Shown here: one piece after another, positions 9,677 through 19,261 of the stretch
Layout of the letters: every line of letters starts with the position of its first letter
Position numbering within the stretch: the stretch's first letter is position 1
Source of the DNA: Acidobacteriota bacterium
GTDB lineage: Bacteria; Acidobacteriota; Thermoanaerobaculia; Multivoradales; UBA5704
DNA: 64,000 nucleotides
Assembly (NCBI GenBank): GCA_040005235.1
Contig: JBDTZG010000029.1
Span: 1 to 64,000 of the forward strand
Reading direction: 5' to 3'
The notes under the pieces: generated by a model
The model's database searches: none
Seen by the model: only the letters and a program-made list of their open reading frames with translations
What the model was told of the DNA's origin: nothing
Position numbers and translations under genes: made by a program

Positions 9677-10714
9677 ATGTCGAACCCACGAATTCCCTCG
9701 AAAGGAGAAGACCTCCGCGCCCTCCTGGAACGCGAGCTGGAGGAGCGTCGGGGCCGAGCCCCCGAGCCGGGGGAGATCTTCGTCCTGTCTGAGACCGCCG
9801 AGCTGCCGGTCGAATGGGCGCTGCTCGAAGCTGGGCCAAACTCCTTTCTCGCGATCCCCGCCGACACCCAGCCGCTCGCCGGAAGCCGCGACTTCGCCCT
9901 GGGCGCAAACGTCCTTTCCGGCCCTCTGGTCCTCCGCTGCGGCCACGCCGCGGAGATCGCCGCCTCGCGCCTTCGCCCCGAGCTGCGCACCGGACTGCTC
10001 GATCCCCACTCCCTCGCCGCCGCCCGATCGCTCCAAAAAGCCCTCGCCGCCGGGACTTCCGCGGCAGATCCGGTGGGCGAAGAGGTCGATCGAGATCCGG
10101 AGTATCGGGATTGGGTGACGGAAGTGCTGGATCCGGCGCGGGCGGTGTTGAGGGGTTTGGGGGAAGGAGATAACCGATCGTCGGAGGTCGAATCGAAGGT
10201 CGTTCCCTTCGAAGATCGCCGCCTGAAGCGGGTCGAGCAACCGACGCGCGTCCAAGCTCCGGGATGGCGACCGGCGCTACCCTGGTTGGTTGCGGCGGGT
10301 CTGGCCATTGCCCTGGGTTGGTCGAACCATGAGTTACGCGAGATACAGGTGGCTGCTGCGGAGCCTCAGTTCGATGAGCCGAGTCTGGCGCTCCCGGGAG
10401 GTACCGTCCGGGGTGAGACATCTTTTCCCTTGCCCCCGGACTCCGGGTCGCCGGGAGAGCGGGTACACATTTCGGGATTCACCCCGTCGGATTTGGTGGG
10501 ACCGACGCCGACGGTCCTGGTGCTGCTCGACAAGTTCGATCACGAAGTGGTCCGTAGTCCGGTGCGAGACCGGGGGCCTTCCGATGACTGGTCGATGGCC
10601 ATCCCGCGATTGAAGGTGTCACCGGGGCGTTACCGCGTCGCGCTTCGGTCTCTTGACGGCAAGCCTCTCGCCGTCTGGGACATCCGGGTCGTCGAGTCCG
10701 CGGACGCGTCCTGA
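9677..10714 (+). CDS. Single-pass membrane protein, anti-sigma-like
   Basis: Cytoplasmic N-terminus, VVPF motif, TM helix LPWLVAAGLAIALGW, then GGTVRG and an Ig-like domain ending PGRYRVAL. Confidence 0.55.
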   Translation: MSNPRIPSKGEDLRALLERELEERRGRAPEPGEIFVLSETAELPVEWALLEAGPNSFLAIPADTQPLAGSRDFALGANVLSGPLVLRCGHAAEIAASRLRPELRTGLLDPHSLAAARSLQKALAAGTSAADPVGEEVDRDPEYRDWVTEVLDPARAVLRGLGEGDNRSSEVESKVVPFEDRRLKRVEQPTRVQAPGWRPALPWLVAAGLAIALGWSNHELREIQVAAAEPQFDEPSLALPGGTVRGETSFPLPPDSGSPGERVHISGFTPSDLVGPTPTVLVLLDKFDHEVVRSPVRDRGPSDDWSMAIPRLKVSPGRYRVALRSLDGKPLAVWDIRVVESADAS

Positions 10715-10914
10715 CTCACCTTTCGAGTGGCGAGGTGTCTCTTAGGTCAAGCACCTCTTAAGCTGGAGTGCGTTCCGGCCGGTCTTCTGCGAAGATGATT
10801 CCTTCCTGACCCTCGGCGTCCGTTTTTCTCGCGTTTCCTTCGTGGAGTGATCTCTCGGAGGGGGCGGACCTCGATCGGAAACGGTATGCCGCGTCCGTCT
10901 CGAAAAGCGAACTC

Positions 10915-13900
10915 GTGCATCGCAATGAACGATTGAATATCGGATCGCCCCGAGCGGGCCTTGTGCTGCTCTGTCTTCTTGCGATGGCAGGTGGCAGCTG
11001 CAAGCGCGAACCGCCTACGGGGACGGAGGCGAGGAAGATGGAGCCTACCCCTTTGACCCTGAAGCTCGGCATTGCGGACCGACGCGAGCTGGCCCCGGGT
11101 GCGATGGAGAGCACTACCCTAGAGCTCTCGGCCGGCGAGTTGGTCCGTATCACGGCCTTGCAGGACGGCCTCGACGTGGCGCTCCGTTGGTTTCCGCCAG
11201 GAGAGGAAAAGCCCTCGTTGGTGATCGATAGCCCCAATGGCGATAAGCGGACCGAGAGCCTGGCGGTCGTTGCCGCGGTCGCTGGCGTTCATCGGTTGGA
11301 GGTTCAGGCCTCCAAGGACGCGAAGCCTTCGGGCCACTATGTGGTGACGCTCGAAGAACGGCGCCTGGCAACTGATCGGGATCGGCGCGCTGCAGATCTC
11401 GGTGCACAGTTCGCGGCGGGAGAAGAGGCTCGCCGCGGCGGGAGAACCGAAGAGGCCCTTACCACCTATCGTGGGCTTCTGCCGCTTGCACGAGAGGTGG
11501 AAGACCGGTCCTGCGAGGCGACCCTCTACTACCGAGTCGGTTGGATGGAGGCGACTCTGGGGAACTGGGATCGCGCAATCGAGCCGTTCGAGACGTCGAT
11601 TGGGCTGTTCGGCGGCCTTGCCGACAAGTTTATGGAAGCGACCGCGCTCAACCGGTGCGCTGATTCTTACCGTGCTCAGCTTCGCGTCGAAGAGGCCCTG
11701 GCGCTGCACCAGCGAGCCCTTGGGCTCTTCCGAGGCATCAAGGACGCGGATGGAACGGTCGCCTCGTTGGTCAGTTTTGGCATCGACCAATTTTGGAAAG
11801 GAGACCTCGACGAGGCGACGGCGACGCTTAACGAGGCGATCGTCCTCGGTGACCGGTTCAATGTCCGCGACAACGAGGTGCTCGCCCGCTCCACGCTGGG
11901 AGAGCTTCAAGCTTCACGCGGCAAGTTCGTTCAAGCGCGGAACGAGCTGGAAGCCGCGGTAGCTAAGGCGACCGCGATCGGCCGTGAGGACTGGGCGGCG
12001 CTCGCTCTCTTGCCTCTTGGCGAGATCGATCTGCGGGAAGGGCGCTTTGGCGATGCGAAAGCCCGGTACTCGCGCGCTCTTGAAGTCTTTCGCGCGCGGG
12101 GCGAAGCGCGCAACTCAGTCGCGGCCCGCCTGGGGCTCGGCGCCTCATTGCTGCGAATCGGAGATCTCGAAGCGGCGCGGGCGGAATTCGAAAAGGCCCA
12201 GGGCATCGCGGAAAAAATCCACGCGGTCGACGACGAGGCGGCTGCGGCGATGAATCTTGGGCGTTACCACCATGCGCGCGGCGAGGATGCGTTGGCGGTT
12301 CGCGATCACGAAAGGGCGATCGCCTTGTTCGAGCGGCTCGGCAATGGAGCTGCGACTGCCGCGAATCGTTTTGGTGCCGCCCGGTCGCTCTGCCGGAATG
12401 GCAAACTCGAAGAGGCACTGGCTCAGATCGACAGCTCGCTTGAAGGGATCGAACATTTGCGCGCCACAACCGCCAACTTCGATCTTCGCACCAGCCATCT
12501 TGCGACCAAGCGGGAGTATGCCGAGCTACAGGTCGAGGTCTTAATGAGTTTGGACGAGAAACTCCCGGACAAGGCGTACGCCGACCGGGCGCTCGGAGCC
12601 ACCGAGAAGGCACGGGTTCGTCAGTTGGTTGACCTTCTGGGAGAGGCGCGATCCGGGCTTCGCAGTGCCATTCCCGAAGCGATCGCCACGGAGCAAGGTC
12701 GATTGCGCGACGAGCTCGAAGCGCTCGAACGCCGTCGGAAAGCGCTTGCCAACCAGGAGACCGATCCGGCCGTCATCGATCGGCTGGAGGCGGAACAGGG
12801 GCGCCTTTTGGCGCGCACAGAGGAGTTGCAGGCGGAGGCGCGCAAGGCGAACCCTCGGTACGCACAGCTTGCACCGCCGGAGATCCTGGATGCTGAGGCG
12901 ATGCGAAAGCAGCTCCAGGCGGGAGATGCGATGCTCGTCTATTGGCTCGCTGAGCCGCGCAGCTTTCTTTGGGTGGTGATGAGAGATCGGGTGGAGCCCT
13001 TCGTGCTGGCGCCCCGCAGCAAGATTGAACCGCTCGCCAAGCGGTTTGCGGACTTGTTGGCCTCCTCCAATCCGAACGATGTGGAGGTTGGTCGAGAGGT
13101 CGGCCAGAGGCTCGCCCAAGAGATCCTCGTTCCGGCACGATCAGCGCTTTCGGGTACGCGCTGGATCGTGGTCGCCGATGGAGCGCTCCAGCGAGTGCCG
13201 TTCGCAGCGCTGCCCAATCCCGCATCGAAGGAAGGGAACCCCGTGCTCGAACGGTTGGAGGTGGTCTATCTCCCTTCGGCCACGGTCCTCGCAGCCCTTC
13301 GCGCTGGTGTGCGCCGGTCCTACTCGCTGGACAGCCTAGCGGTGTTTGCCGACCCGGTGTTCTCCGGAGACGGCCGCTCACCCGGCACGCTGGCCCCGCT
13401 GCCGAACACTCGGAAGGAGGCCGAAGCGATCATCGATCTGGCTAAGCCCAGGGAAATCCTCTCCGCGCTGGGCCTAGACGCGAACCGGGAGGCGGTCCTT
13501 GGCGCGCGGCTGAAACCTTACAAGATTCTTCACTTCGCGACCCACGGCGGTGCCCATCCGGTTCACCCGGAGCTGTCCGGTCTGGAGCTTTCTCAGGTTG
13601 ATGCCGAAGGACGGCCGATCCAAGGGACGCTCACCCTGCAGGATATCTTTGGTCTCGACCTCGACGCCGAGCTGGTGGTGCTCTCCGCCTGCAACACCGG
13701 GGTTGGCCCGGATGTCGCTGGAGAGGGCCTTGCGAGCCTTGCTCGCGGCTTCTTCTATGCCGGTGCGCCGCGACTGGTCGTGAGCCTATGGCCGGTGGAC
13801 GATGCGAGCACGGCCGATTTGATGAAGCTTTTCTATCGAAGGCTCCTGCGTGAGAACCGCGCTCCTGCCGACGCCTTACGCGAGGCGCAAAGGGAGCTGC

Positions 13901-14121
13901 GGAACGATCCCGCGCGGAGCGACCCGTACTACTGGGCCGGCTTCGTTTTCGTCGGCGATTGGCGCACCGACCCGCAGCGTTGGCATGGGCCGATCGAAAC
14001 AAAGGACGTGGGAGGCCCGAACCCAACCGGGCGCCCACCGATCGATCTGCCGTGGCCATCGTCGGACTCTAATTTCGATGAGGAAGGGAGCCCGATGGGG
14101 CCGCCCGGAGGGAATTGGTGA
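10915..14121 (+). CDS. CHAT-domain (caspase-like) protease with TPR array and lipoprotein-like signal
   Basis: VADGALQRVPFAAL, HFATHG (His), VLSACNTG (Cys), SLWPVDD and PYYWAGF CHAT motifs; many TPRs; LLAMAGGSC. Confidence 0.92.
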   Translation: MHRNERLNIGSPRAGLVLLCLLAMAGGSCKREPPTGTEARKMEPTPLTLKLGIADRRELAPGAMESTTLELSAGELVRITALQDGLDVALRWFPPGEEKPSLVIDSPNGDKRTESLAVVAAVAGVHRLEVQASKDAKPSGHYVVTLEERRLATDRDRRAADLGAQFAAGEEARRGGRTEEALTTYRGLLPLAREVEDRSCEATLYYRVGWMEATLGNWDRAIEPFETSIGLFGGLADKFMEATALNRCADSYRAQLRVEEALALHQRALGLFRGIKDADGTVASLVSFGIDQFWKGDLDEATATLNEAIVLGDRFNVRDNEVLARSTLGELQASRGKFVQARNELEAAVAKATAIGREDWAALALLPLGEIDLREGRFGDAKARYSRALEVFRARGEARNSVAARLGLGASLLRIGDLEAARAEFEKAQGIAEKIHAVDDEAAAAMNLGRYHHARGEDALAVRDHERAIALFERLGNGAATAANRFGAARSLCRNGKLEEALAQIDSSLEGIEHLRATTANFDLRTSHLATKREYAELQVEVLMSLDEKLPDKAYADRALGATEKARVRQLVDLLGEARSGLRSAIPEAIATEQGRLRDELEALERRRKALANQETDPAVIDRLEAEQGRLLARTEELQAEARKANPRYAQLAPPEILDAEAMRKQLQAGDAMLVYWLAEPRSFLWVVMRDRVEPFVLAPRSKIEPLAKRFADLLASSNPNDVEVGREVGQRLAQEILVPARSALSGTRWIVVADGALQRVPFAALPNPASKEGNPVLERLEVVYLPSATVLAALRAGVRRSYSLDSLAVFADPVFSGDGRSPGTLAPLPNTRKEAEAIIDLAKPREILSALGLDANREAVLGARLKPYKILHFATHGGAHPVHPELSGLELSQVDAEGRPIQGTLTLQDIFGLDLDAELVVLSACNTGVGPDVAGEGLASLARGFFYAGAPRLVVSLWPVDDASTADLMKLFYRRLLRENRAPADALREAQRELRNDPARSDPYYWAGFVFVGDWRTDPQRWHGPIETKDVGGPNPTGRPPIDLPWPSSDSNFDEEGSPMGPPGGNW

Positions 14122-15536
14122 TGACCGCAAGTAGAGACGACATCCATCGGTTGATCGCCTTCAATGGCATAGATGGGGCGACTGGCAACTTTCTCCAATC
14201 ACCTCTAACAGGTGAACAACTCGGCCGGTTGGCAGTCCAGCTCCCGGTTGGTGGTGCATTGCACCAACTATTGGCAGATTGGAGAGAAGGAAGGGAGGTC
14301 AGCGATCCTTTTCGCGCGCCCATAAGCGATGTCAAAGACCCCAAGGATCTTAGCCAGGCCGGGTGGGGTGTCATTTTTGCCGAGGATACGCCGGCCGTAA
14401 TCCGCCGGGCGCTTAAGCCGCTACTGGCCCATCGACGCGACCAGGCAGGAGACCTTTTCAAAGATCTAGTTTTCAGATCCGGCCAGACCCATCAGCAGTT
14501 CATGTCGGAGGTGGGCGCTATCCCTGGAGCACGTGCGGTACCGGAGAGGCTGCCTTATTACCTGCTATTGGTCGGAGATCCGGTAAAGATGCCCTTCCGG
14601 TTTCAAAACGAGCTAGACGTCCAATATGCGGTGGGGCGACTCCATTTCGACGCCGAAACTCCGGAAAAATCGGCGACCGCATATGCTTCCTATGCGGAAG
14701 CTGTCGTTGCGGTTGAAGATGGAACATGGAGAAATCGACGCCAGGAAGTCCTTTTCTTTGCCGTTGAAAGTCCCGGAGATGAGGCGACCCGTCGGACCTC
14801 TGGTGAGCTTGTCGAACCGCTCGCAGAAGTCTTGCGCCGTAGTCGCCCGGAATGGCGGCCTACTCTGATCGGCGGCGGCGAAGCCACTCGCACCCGACTG
14901 CAACAAGTCCTCGAGAGTGATCGGCCTTCGATTTTGTTCACCGCCAGCCACGGTGTCAGTTTTCCGAACGGTAGTGAGCGACAGCTCGAGGCACAAGGTG
15001 CCCTAGTCTGCGCTGAAGGGGTGGACGGTCGCTCTGGCCGTTACTTCACGGCCGCCGATGTTCCCGACGACGCGAAACTGAGCGGCATGATCGCGTTTCA
15101 CTTTGCCTGCTACAGCGCCGGAACTCCTGAGCTCGATGAGTTCGGGCGAATCTCAGGGGTCCAAGGGCAAATCGCTCCTCGACCGTTTGTAGCTCGGCTG
15201 CCCCAGAAGCTTTTGGAGAAAGGGGCGCTTGCGGTGATCGGACATGTGGACCGCACCTGGACTTCCTCTTTCTCTTGGAATGATCAAGGTGGTCATGTGC
15301 AAGTCTATTCCGAGTTGCTCAAGCAACTGACTAACGGCGAGCCGATCGGCTGGGCGATGGAGGCGATGAATTCCTATTTCGCTTCCCAGGCAGCGAGCCT
15401 TCAGAGTCTCCGCGATGACATTCAGTTCTTCCGGCCTGAAGATTTTGCGATCTACGCTGACCTATGGCGCCAGACTGTCGATGCCGGCAGTTTCGTGGTC
15501 CTGGGAGACCCGGCCGTCCGCCTTAACTTCGACTGA
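14115..15536 (+). CDS. C25/gingipain-like (clan CD) cysteine peptidase
   Basis: YYLLLVGD, YAVGRL, FTASHG (His), FACYSAG (Cys), C-terminal VVLGDPAVRL; overlaps the CHAT gene stop. Confidence 0.75.
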   Translation: MVMTASRDDIHRLIAFNGIDGATGNFLQSPLTGEQLGRLAVQLPVGGALHQLLADWREGREVSDPFRAPISDVKDPKDLSQAGWGVIFAEDTPAVIRRALKPLLAHRRDQAGDLFKDLVFRSGQTHQQFMSEVGAIPGARAVPERLPYYLLLVGDPVKMPFRFQNELDVQYAVGRLHFDAETPEKSATAYASYAEAVVAVEDGTWRNRRQEVLFFAVESPGDEATRRTSGELVEPLAEVLRRSRPEWRPTLIGGGEATRTRLQQVLESDRPSILFTASHGVSFPNGSERQLEAQGALVCAEGVDGRSGRYFTAADVPDDAKLSGMIAFHFACYSAGTPELDEFGRISGVQGQIAPRPFVARLPQKLLEKGALAVIGHVDRTWTSSFSWNDQGGHVQVYSELLKQLTNGEPIGWAMEAMNSYFASQAASLQSLRDDIQFFRPEDFAIYADLWRQTVDAGSFVVLGDPAVRLNFD

Positions 15537-15624
15537 CTCCCGTTCTCCCGACTCTTCGTGCTCGTGGGGTCCTCTCTTTTGCGCAGGCCGGATCTTTCCC
15601 TGATACGATCCGTACGTATCCTCT

Positions 15625-16209
15625 ATGAGCGACACCACAGACGTCACGGAACTTCTCCTGCTCTGGAGTCGAGGCGATGCCTCGGTTCTGGGGCAGATCA
15701 TTCCTTTGGTGTTCGAAGATCTGCGGGCGATGGCGCGGCGGCACTTGGCGCGGGAGCCGAGCGACCATACGTTGCAACCGACCGCCCTGGTGAACGAGTT
15801 GTACCTTCGGCTGGTCGGGCAGACTCGGATGCAGTGGCACAATCGCCAGCAGTTCTTCGCGATCGCCGCGACGTTGATGCGCAGGATTCTGACCGACTAC
15901 GCGAAGGGCAAGAAAGCGGAGAAGCGGGGCGGCAATATGCTCAAAGTTCCGCTCGACGACGTGGATGGGGCCAAGCTGATCGCTGAAGCTCACGGAACTG
16001 ACGTCGTGGCGCTCGACGAGGCGCTCGGGAAGCTTCGGAAGTTAGATCCCCGCCAGGCGCAGATCGTCGACCTCCACTTCTATATGGGACTCACCTTCGA
16101 TGAGGTTGCCGAGATCTTGGAAGTCTCGGTGACCACGGTCAAGCGCGATTGGCAGATGGCGCGGCGATTTCTGAAGCGTGAGATCACCCGCGACCTGGAT
16201 CTTGAGTAA
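15625..16209 (+). CDS. ECF sigma-70 factor of the kinase-associated type
   Basis: DVTELL, HTLQPTALVNELYLRL, KRGG and TVKRDW motifs; immediately upstream of a Ser/Thr kinase. Confidence 0.92.
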   Translation: MSDTTDVTELLLLWSRGDASVLGQIIPLVFEDLRAMARRHLAREPSDHTLQPTALVNELYLRLVGQTRMQWHNRQQFFAIAATLMRRILTDYAKGKKAEKRGGNMLKVPLDDVDGAKLIAEAHGTDVVALDEALGKLRKLDPRQAQIVDLHFYMGLTFDEVAEILEVSVTTVKRDWQMARRFLKREITRDLDLE

Positions 16210-16295
16210 GATATTACTTTGGGACGAATGGCGAGCTTTTTCGCCGCTGCATTTCGCGTCTTTGAACAACCGGATTGGAATAACGCCCTGAGGCA

Positions 16296-18866
16296 ATGCC
16301 CGATCCGGAAACTCTTCATGATCGCGAGACTCGAACCGTGACGCCCGAACGTTGGCAACTGACCCAGGATCTGCTCGAAAAGGCTCTTCTGCTGACCGGG
16401 CAGGAGCGTACGGATTTCCTGGTTCGGTCGTGCGACGGCGATCAGCCGCTCCGCGAAGAGATCGAGGCCCTGCTCGTCATCGACACGAACCTCGGCGATT
16501 TCATCGAGAAACCTCTGTTCGACATGCATGGCGATCAAGGCAGCCTCGCTGCCGGTGATCAACTCGGTCCCTGGCGGATCGTCCGCGAGATTGGTCGAGG
16601 CGGCATGGGGGCGGTCTATCTCGCCGAGCGGGCTGACGCGACGTACGAGAAGAAGGTCGCGGTCAAGCTGCTCAAGCGGGGGATGGACACCGACGAGCTG
16701 GTGCGCCGTTTCCGTAGCGAGCGGCGGATTCTCGCCCTGCTGGAACATCCGCACATTGCCCGTTTGCTGGATGGTGGTTCGACTCCGGACGGTCGTCCTT
16801 ACCTGGTCATGGAGTACGTCGAGGGGCGGCCGATCGACGCCTGGTGCATCGAGCAGTCTCTCTCGGTCGAGGATCGGCTGGCGCTGTTCGAAAAGGTCTG
16901 CCGGGCCGTTCATTTCGCGCACCGCAACCTGGTGGTCCATCGCGACTTGAAGCCGGGCAACATCCTGGTGGTCGCCGACGGGGAGCCCCGGCTTCTCGAT
17001 TTCGGTATCGCGAAGCTCCTCGGAGGGGATCCCGAGCCTTTCGCCACGGTGGCGGCCTTTCTGCCGATGACGCCCGAATACGCGAGCCCGGAACAGATCC
17101 GCGGCGAGCCGGTGACCACGGCGACCGATATCTATTCGCTTGGGGTCTTGCTCTATCGCCTGCTCGCAGGTCGCTCTCCGTACCGACCCGCGGCTGAAGG
17201 GCGCGCGGCGCTCGCCGAAGCGGTCTGCAACCAAGAGCCGCTGCGACCCAGCACGGTGGTCGGAGCTAGGGCGAAAACGGTAGCGGAAGCGTCGAGTGCG
17301 GAGAGGGATCGCCATCTCGCCAAACGCCTGCGCGGCGACTTGGACACGATCGCCCAAAAGGCGTTGAGCAAGAATCCGGGCCGACGCTACGAATCGGCGG
17401 AACAGCTCGCCTCCGACATCCGCCGCCATTTGGAAGGTTTGCCCGTCCTTGCCCGGCCGTCAGGGGTTGGCTATCGGACGAGCAAGTTCGTCGGGCGGCA
17501 TAAAATCGGAGTTGTCTTCGCAACGGCCGCATTGCTCGCGATCATCGGAACGGCGGCAGTGGCGTTGGTGCAGCGATCGGAAGCGATCCGGGAAAAAAAT
17601 CGAGCGGAAGACGAAAGAAAGCGGGCTGAATGGGCTTCGAATTTCATTAATGGAGTCTTCGAGATCAACAATCCCAGTGAATCGCATGGACGTGAAGTTA
17701 AGGCAATTGATCTCCTGGAGAAGGCTCGCAAGCAGTTGGAGAACAGTGACTATCAACCTATTCAGAGCGGGCAGCTCCACGTCACGCTAGGAAGGGTTTA
17801 TAGCTCGCTCGGCCAGTTTGAAACCTCCAAGAATCTCTTTTCCGAAGCAATAGACCTCTATTCCCAGGTTGGGATGAAAGAAGGGCCACAAGTTCTAGAA
17901 GCAACGGTGGAGCTTGCTCAGGCTGAGGGCGACCTGGGAAATGACTCGCGAGCCGAGGAGCTTATGAAACAAGGGCTCAGGCTCTTGGGCGATTCGAAGA
18001 TTGACGAGAACACCGTGAACACCTTAGCGCTCAACAACTACGGAGGCCTGCTTCTCGGTACTAAGCGGCGCAACGAGGCGGAAAAATACTTCATTCGGGC
18101 TCTAGCCATCGAAAAACAGCGGGGCCGACTCCAGAGCCATGCCGTCGCAATCGCTCTTGCCGGCCTCGGTGACCTTAGGTCCAAGCAGGGTCGTTTTCCT
18201 GAGGCTGAGGACTTTTATCGGCGGTCTCTTGCTCTCAGACGTCTGGTGTTCGGAGAGCCTTCGGTCGAAGTCGCCAAGACGATGAATAGCCTCGCCACCT
18301 TGCTGGAGAAAGTTGGCAAGGATCGGGAGGCCGAGGACCTCTATCTTCGTTCGATCACGATGCGCAAGACAGTATTAGGGCCTTCTCACCCTCGCCTCGG
18401 ACCACCGCTCAGCAACTTGTCGCGCTTCTATGAAGAGAGGGGACGATTGGAGAAGGTCGAGGCGCCCTATCGCGAAGCGGTTTCAATCTGCGCCAAGAGC
18501 GGCAACGAGGACCGCAACTGTGGCGTCTTCATCTCTCACCTGGCGTCTTTCCTTGCCGAGCAGGGCAGATGCGGCGAAGCGGAGCCTCTGGGGGTTCAGG
18601 CGCTCGCTCTGCTTGAGGCGAAGAGTGGCGACAAGGATGCGATCTCCGAAGCCCAGAGCGTCGTTGGGGGATGTCGCTCAGAGCGGAGAGATTTCGTCGG
18701 CGCCGAGCCGCTTTTGCTTCAGGCGTTCGAAGCCACGAAGGAGGTCCCTTCCTCGTCTCTGATGCGCAAGCGCATCCTAGACCGCCTCACCCGCCTTTAC
18801 GACGCCATGGGCAGGCCGGACCAGGCCGCGAAGTACCGCCCGGCCGCGCCCAAGCCGGGCGTTTGA
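16296..18866 (+). CDS. Membrane Ser/Thr protein kinase with extracytoplasmic TPR repeats
   Basis: GRGGMG, VAVK, HRDLKPGN, DFG, TPEYASPEQ; TM helix; TPR repeats. Confidence 0.95.
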   Translation: MPDPETLHDRETRTVTPERWQLTQDLLEKALLLTGQERTDFLVRSCDGDQPLREEIEALLVIDTNLGDFIEKPLFDMHGDQGSLAAGDQLGPWRIVREIGRGGMGAVYLAERADATYEKKVAVKLLKRGMDTDELVRRFRSERRILALLEHPHIARLLDGGSTPDGRPYLVMEYVEGRPIDAWCIEQSLSVEDRLALFEKVCRAVHFAHRNLVVHRDLKPGNILVVADGEPRLLDFGIAKLLGGDPEPFATVAAFLPMTPEYASPEQIRGEPVTTATDIYSLGVLLYRLLAGRSPYRPAAEGRAALAEAVCNQEPLRPSTVVGARAKTVAEASSAERDRHLAKRLRGDLDTIAQKALSKNPGRRYESAEQLASDIRRHLEGLPVLARPSGVGYRTSKFVGRHKIGVVFATAALLAIIGTAAVALVQRSEAIREKNRAEDERKRAEWASNFINGVFEINNPSESHGREVKAIDLLEKARKQLENSDYQPIQSGQLHVTLGRVYSSLGQFETSKNLFSEAIDLYSQVGMKEGPQVLEATVELAQAEGDLGNDSRAEELMKQGLRLLGDSKIDENTVNTLALNNYGGLLLGTKRRNEAEKYFIRALAIEKQRGRLQSHAVAIALAGLGDLRSKQGRFPEAEDFYRRSLALRRLVFGEPSVEVAKTMNSLATLLEKVGKDREAEDLYLRSITMRKTVLGPSHPRLGPPLSNLSRFYEERGRLEKVEAPYREAVSICAKSGNEDRNCGVFISHLASFLAEQGRCGEAEPLGVQALALLEAKSGDKDAISEAQSVVGGCRSERRDFVGAEPLLLQAFEATKEVPSSSLMRKRILDRLTRLYDAMGRPDQAAKYRPAAPKPGV

Positions 18867-19008
18867 GTCGGCAATCTGGTCCGAGGGCCGAAATCTCCGG
18901 CGCTTCCTTGCTATCTGTGAATAGAGTTCAGGGTAGAATCTCGCGAGATCGCAGCCGCAGGGCCGCAGGTACGCCGAGGAGTAGGCGGACGAACACGCTC
19001 CTAGCTTC

Positions 19009-19057
19009 CCGATAGCGGCTATCCGGCTCCGATAGCGGCTATCCAGCTCCGATGGCG
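19009..19057. repeat. 20-bp tandem repeat (~2.5 copies) with internal palindrome
   Basis: ccgatagcggctatccggct / ccgatagcggctatccagct / ccgatggcg. Confidence 0.8.
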
Positions 19058-19261
19058 AACACAGCCCCCGGCGATGCGCGATGCTTCGCCGCCTACCAGC
19101 CTCCAGAAAATCCTTTGCATTTCAGCACTTCGGCGTGGCGCTGGGCTCCGGTTGCGGTTACTATCTCGACCTCGTGATCACGAGCGGCATCTAATTCGCC
19201 GCTTTTCCGGGGTTCTGCCGAAGACGGTGTCGTCCGCGCCAGGTTCCCCGCGGATGTACCG

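Noticed and set aside
19009-19057. Possible degenerate CRISPR array
   Set aside because: The units are directly tandem with no unique spacers
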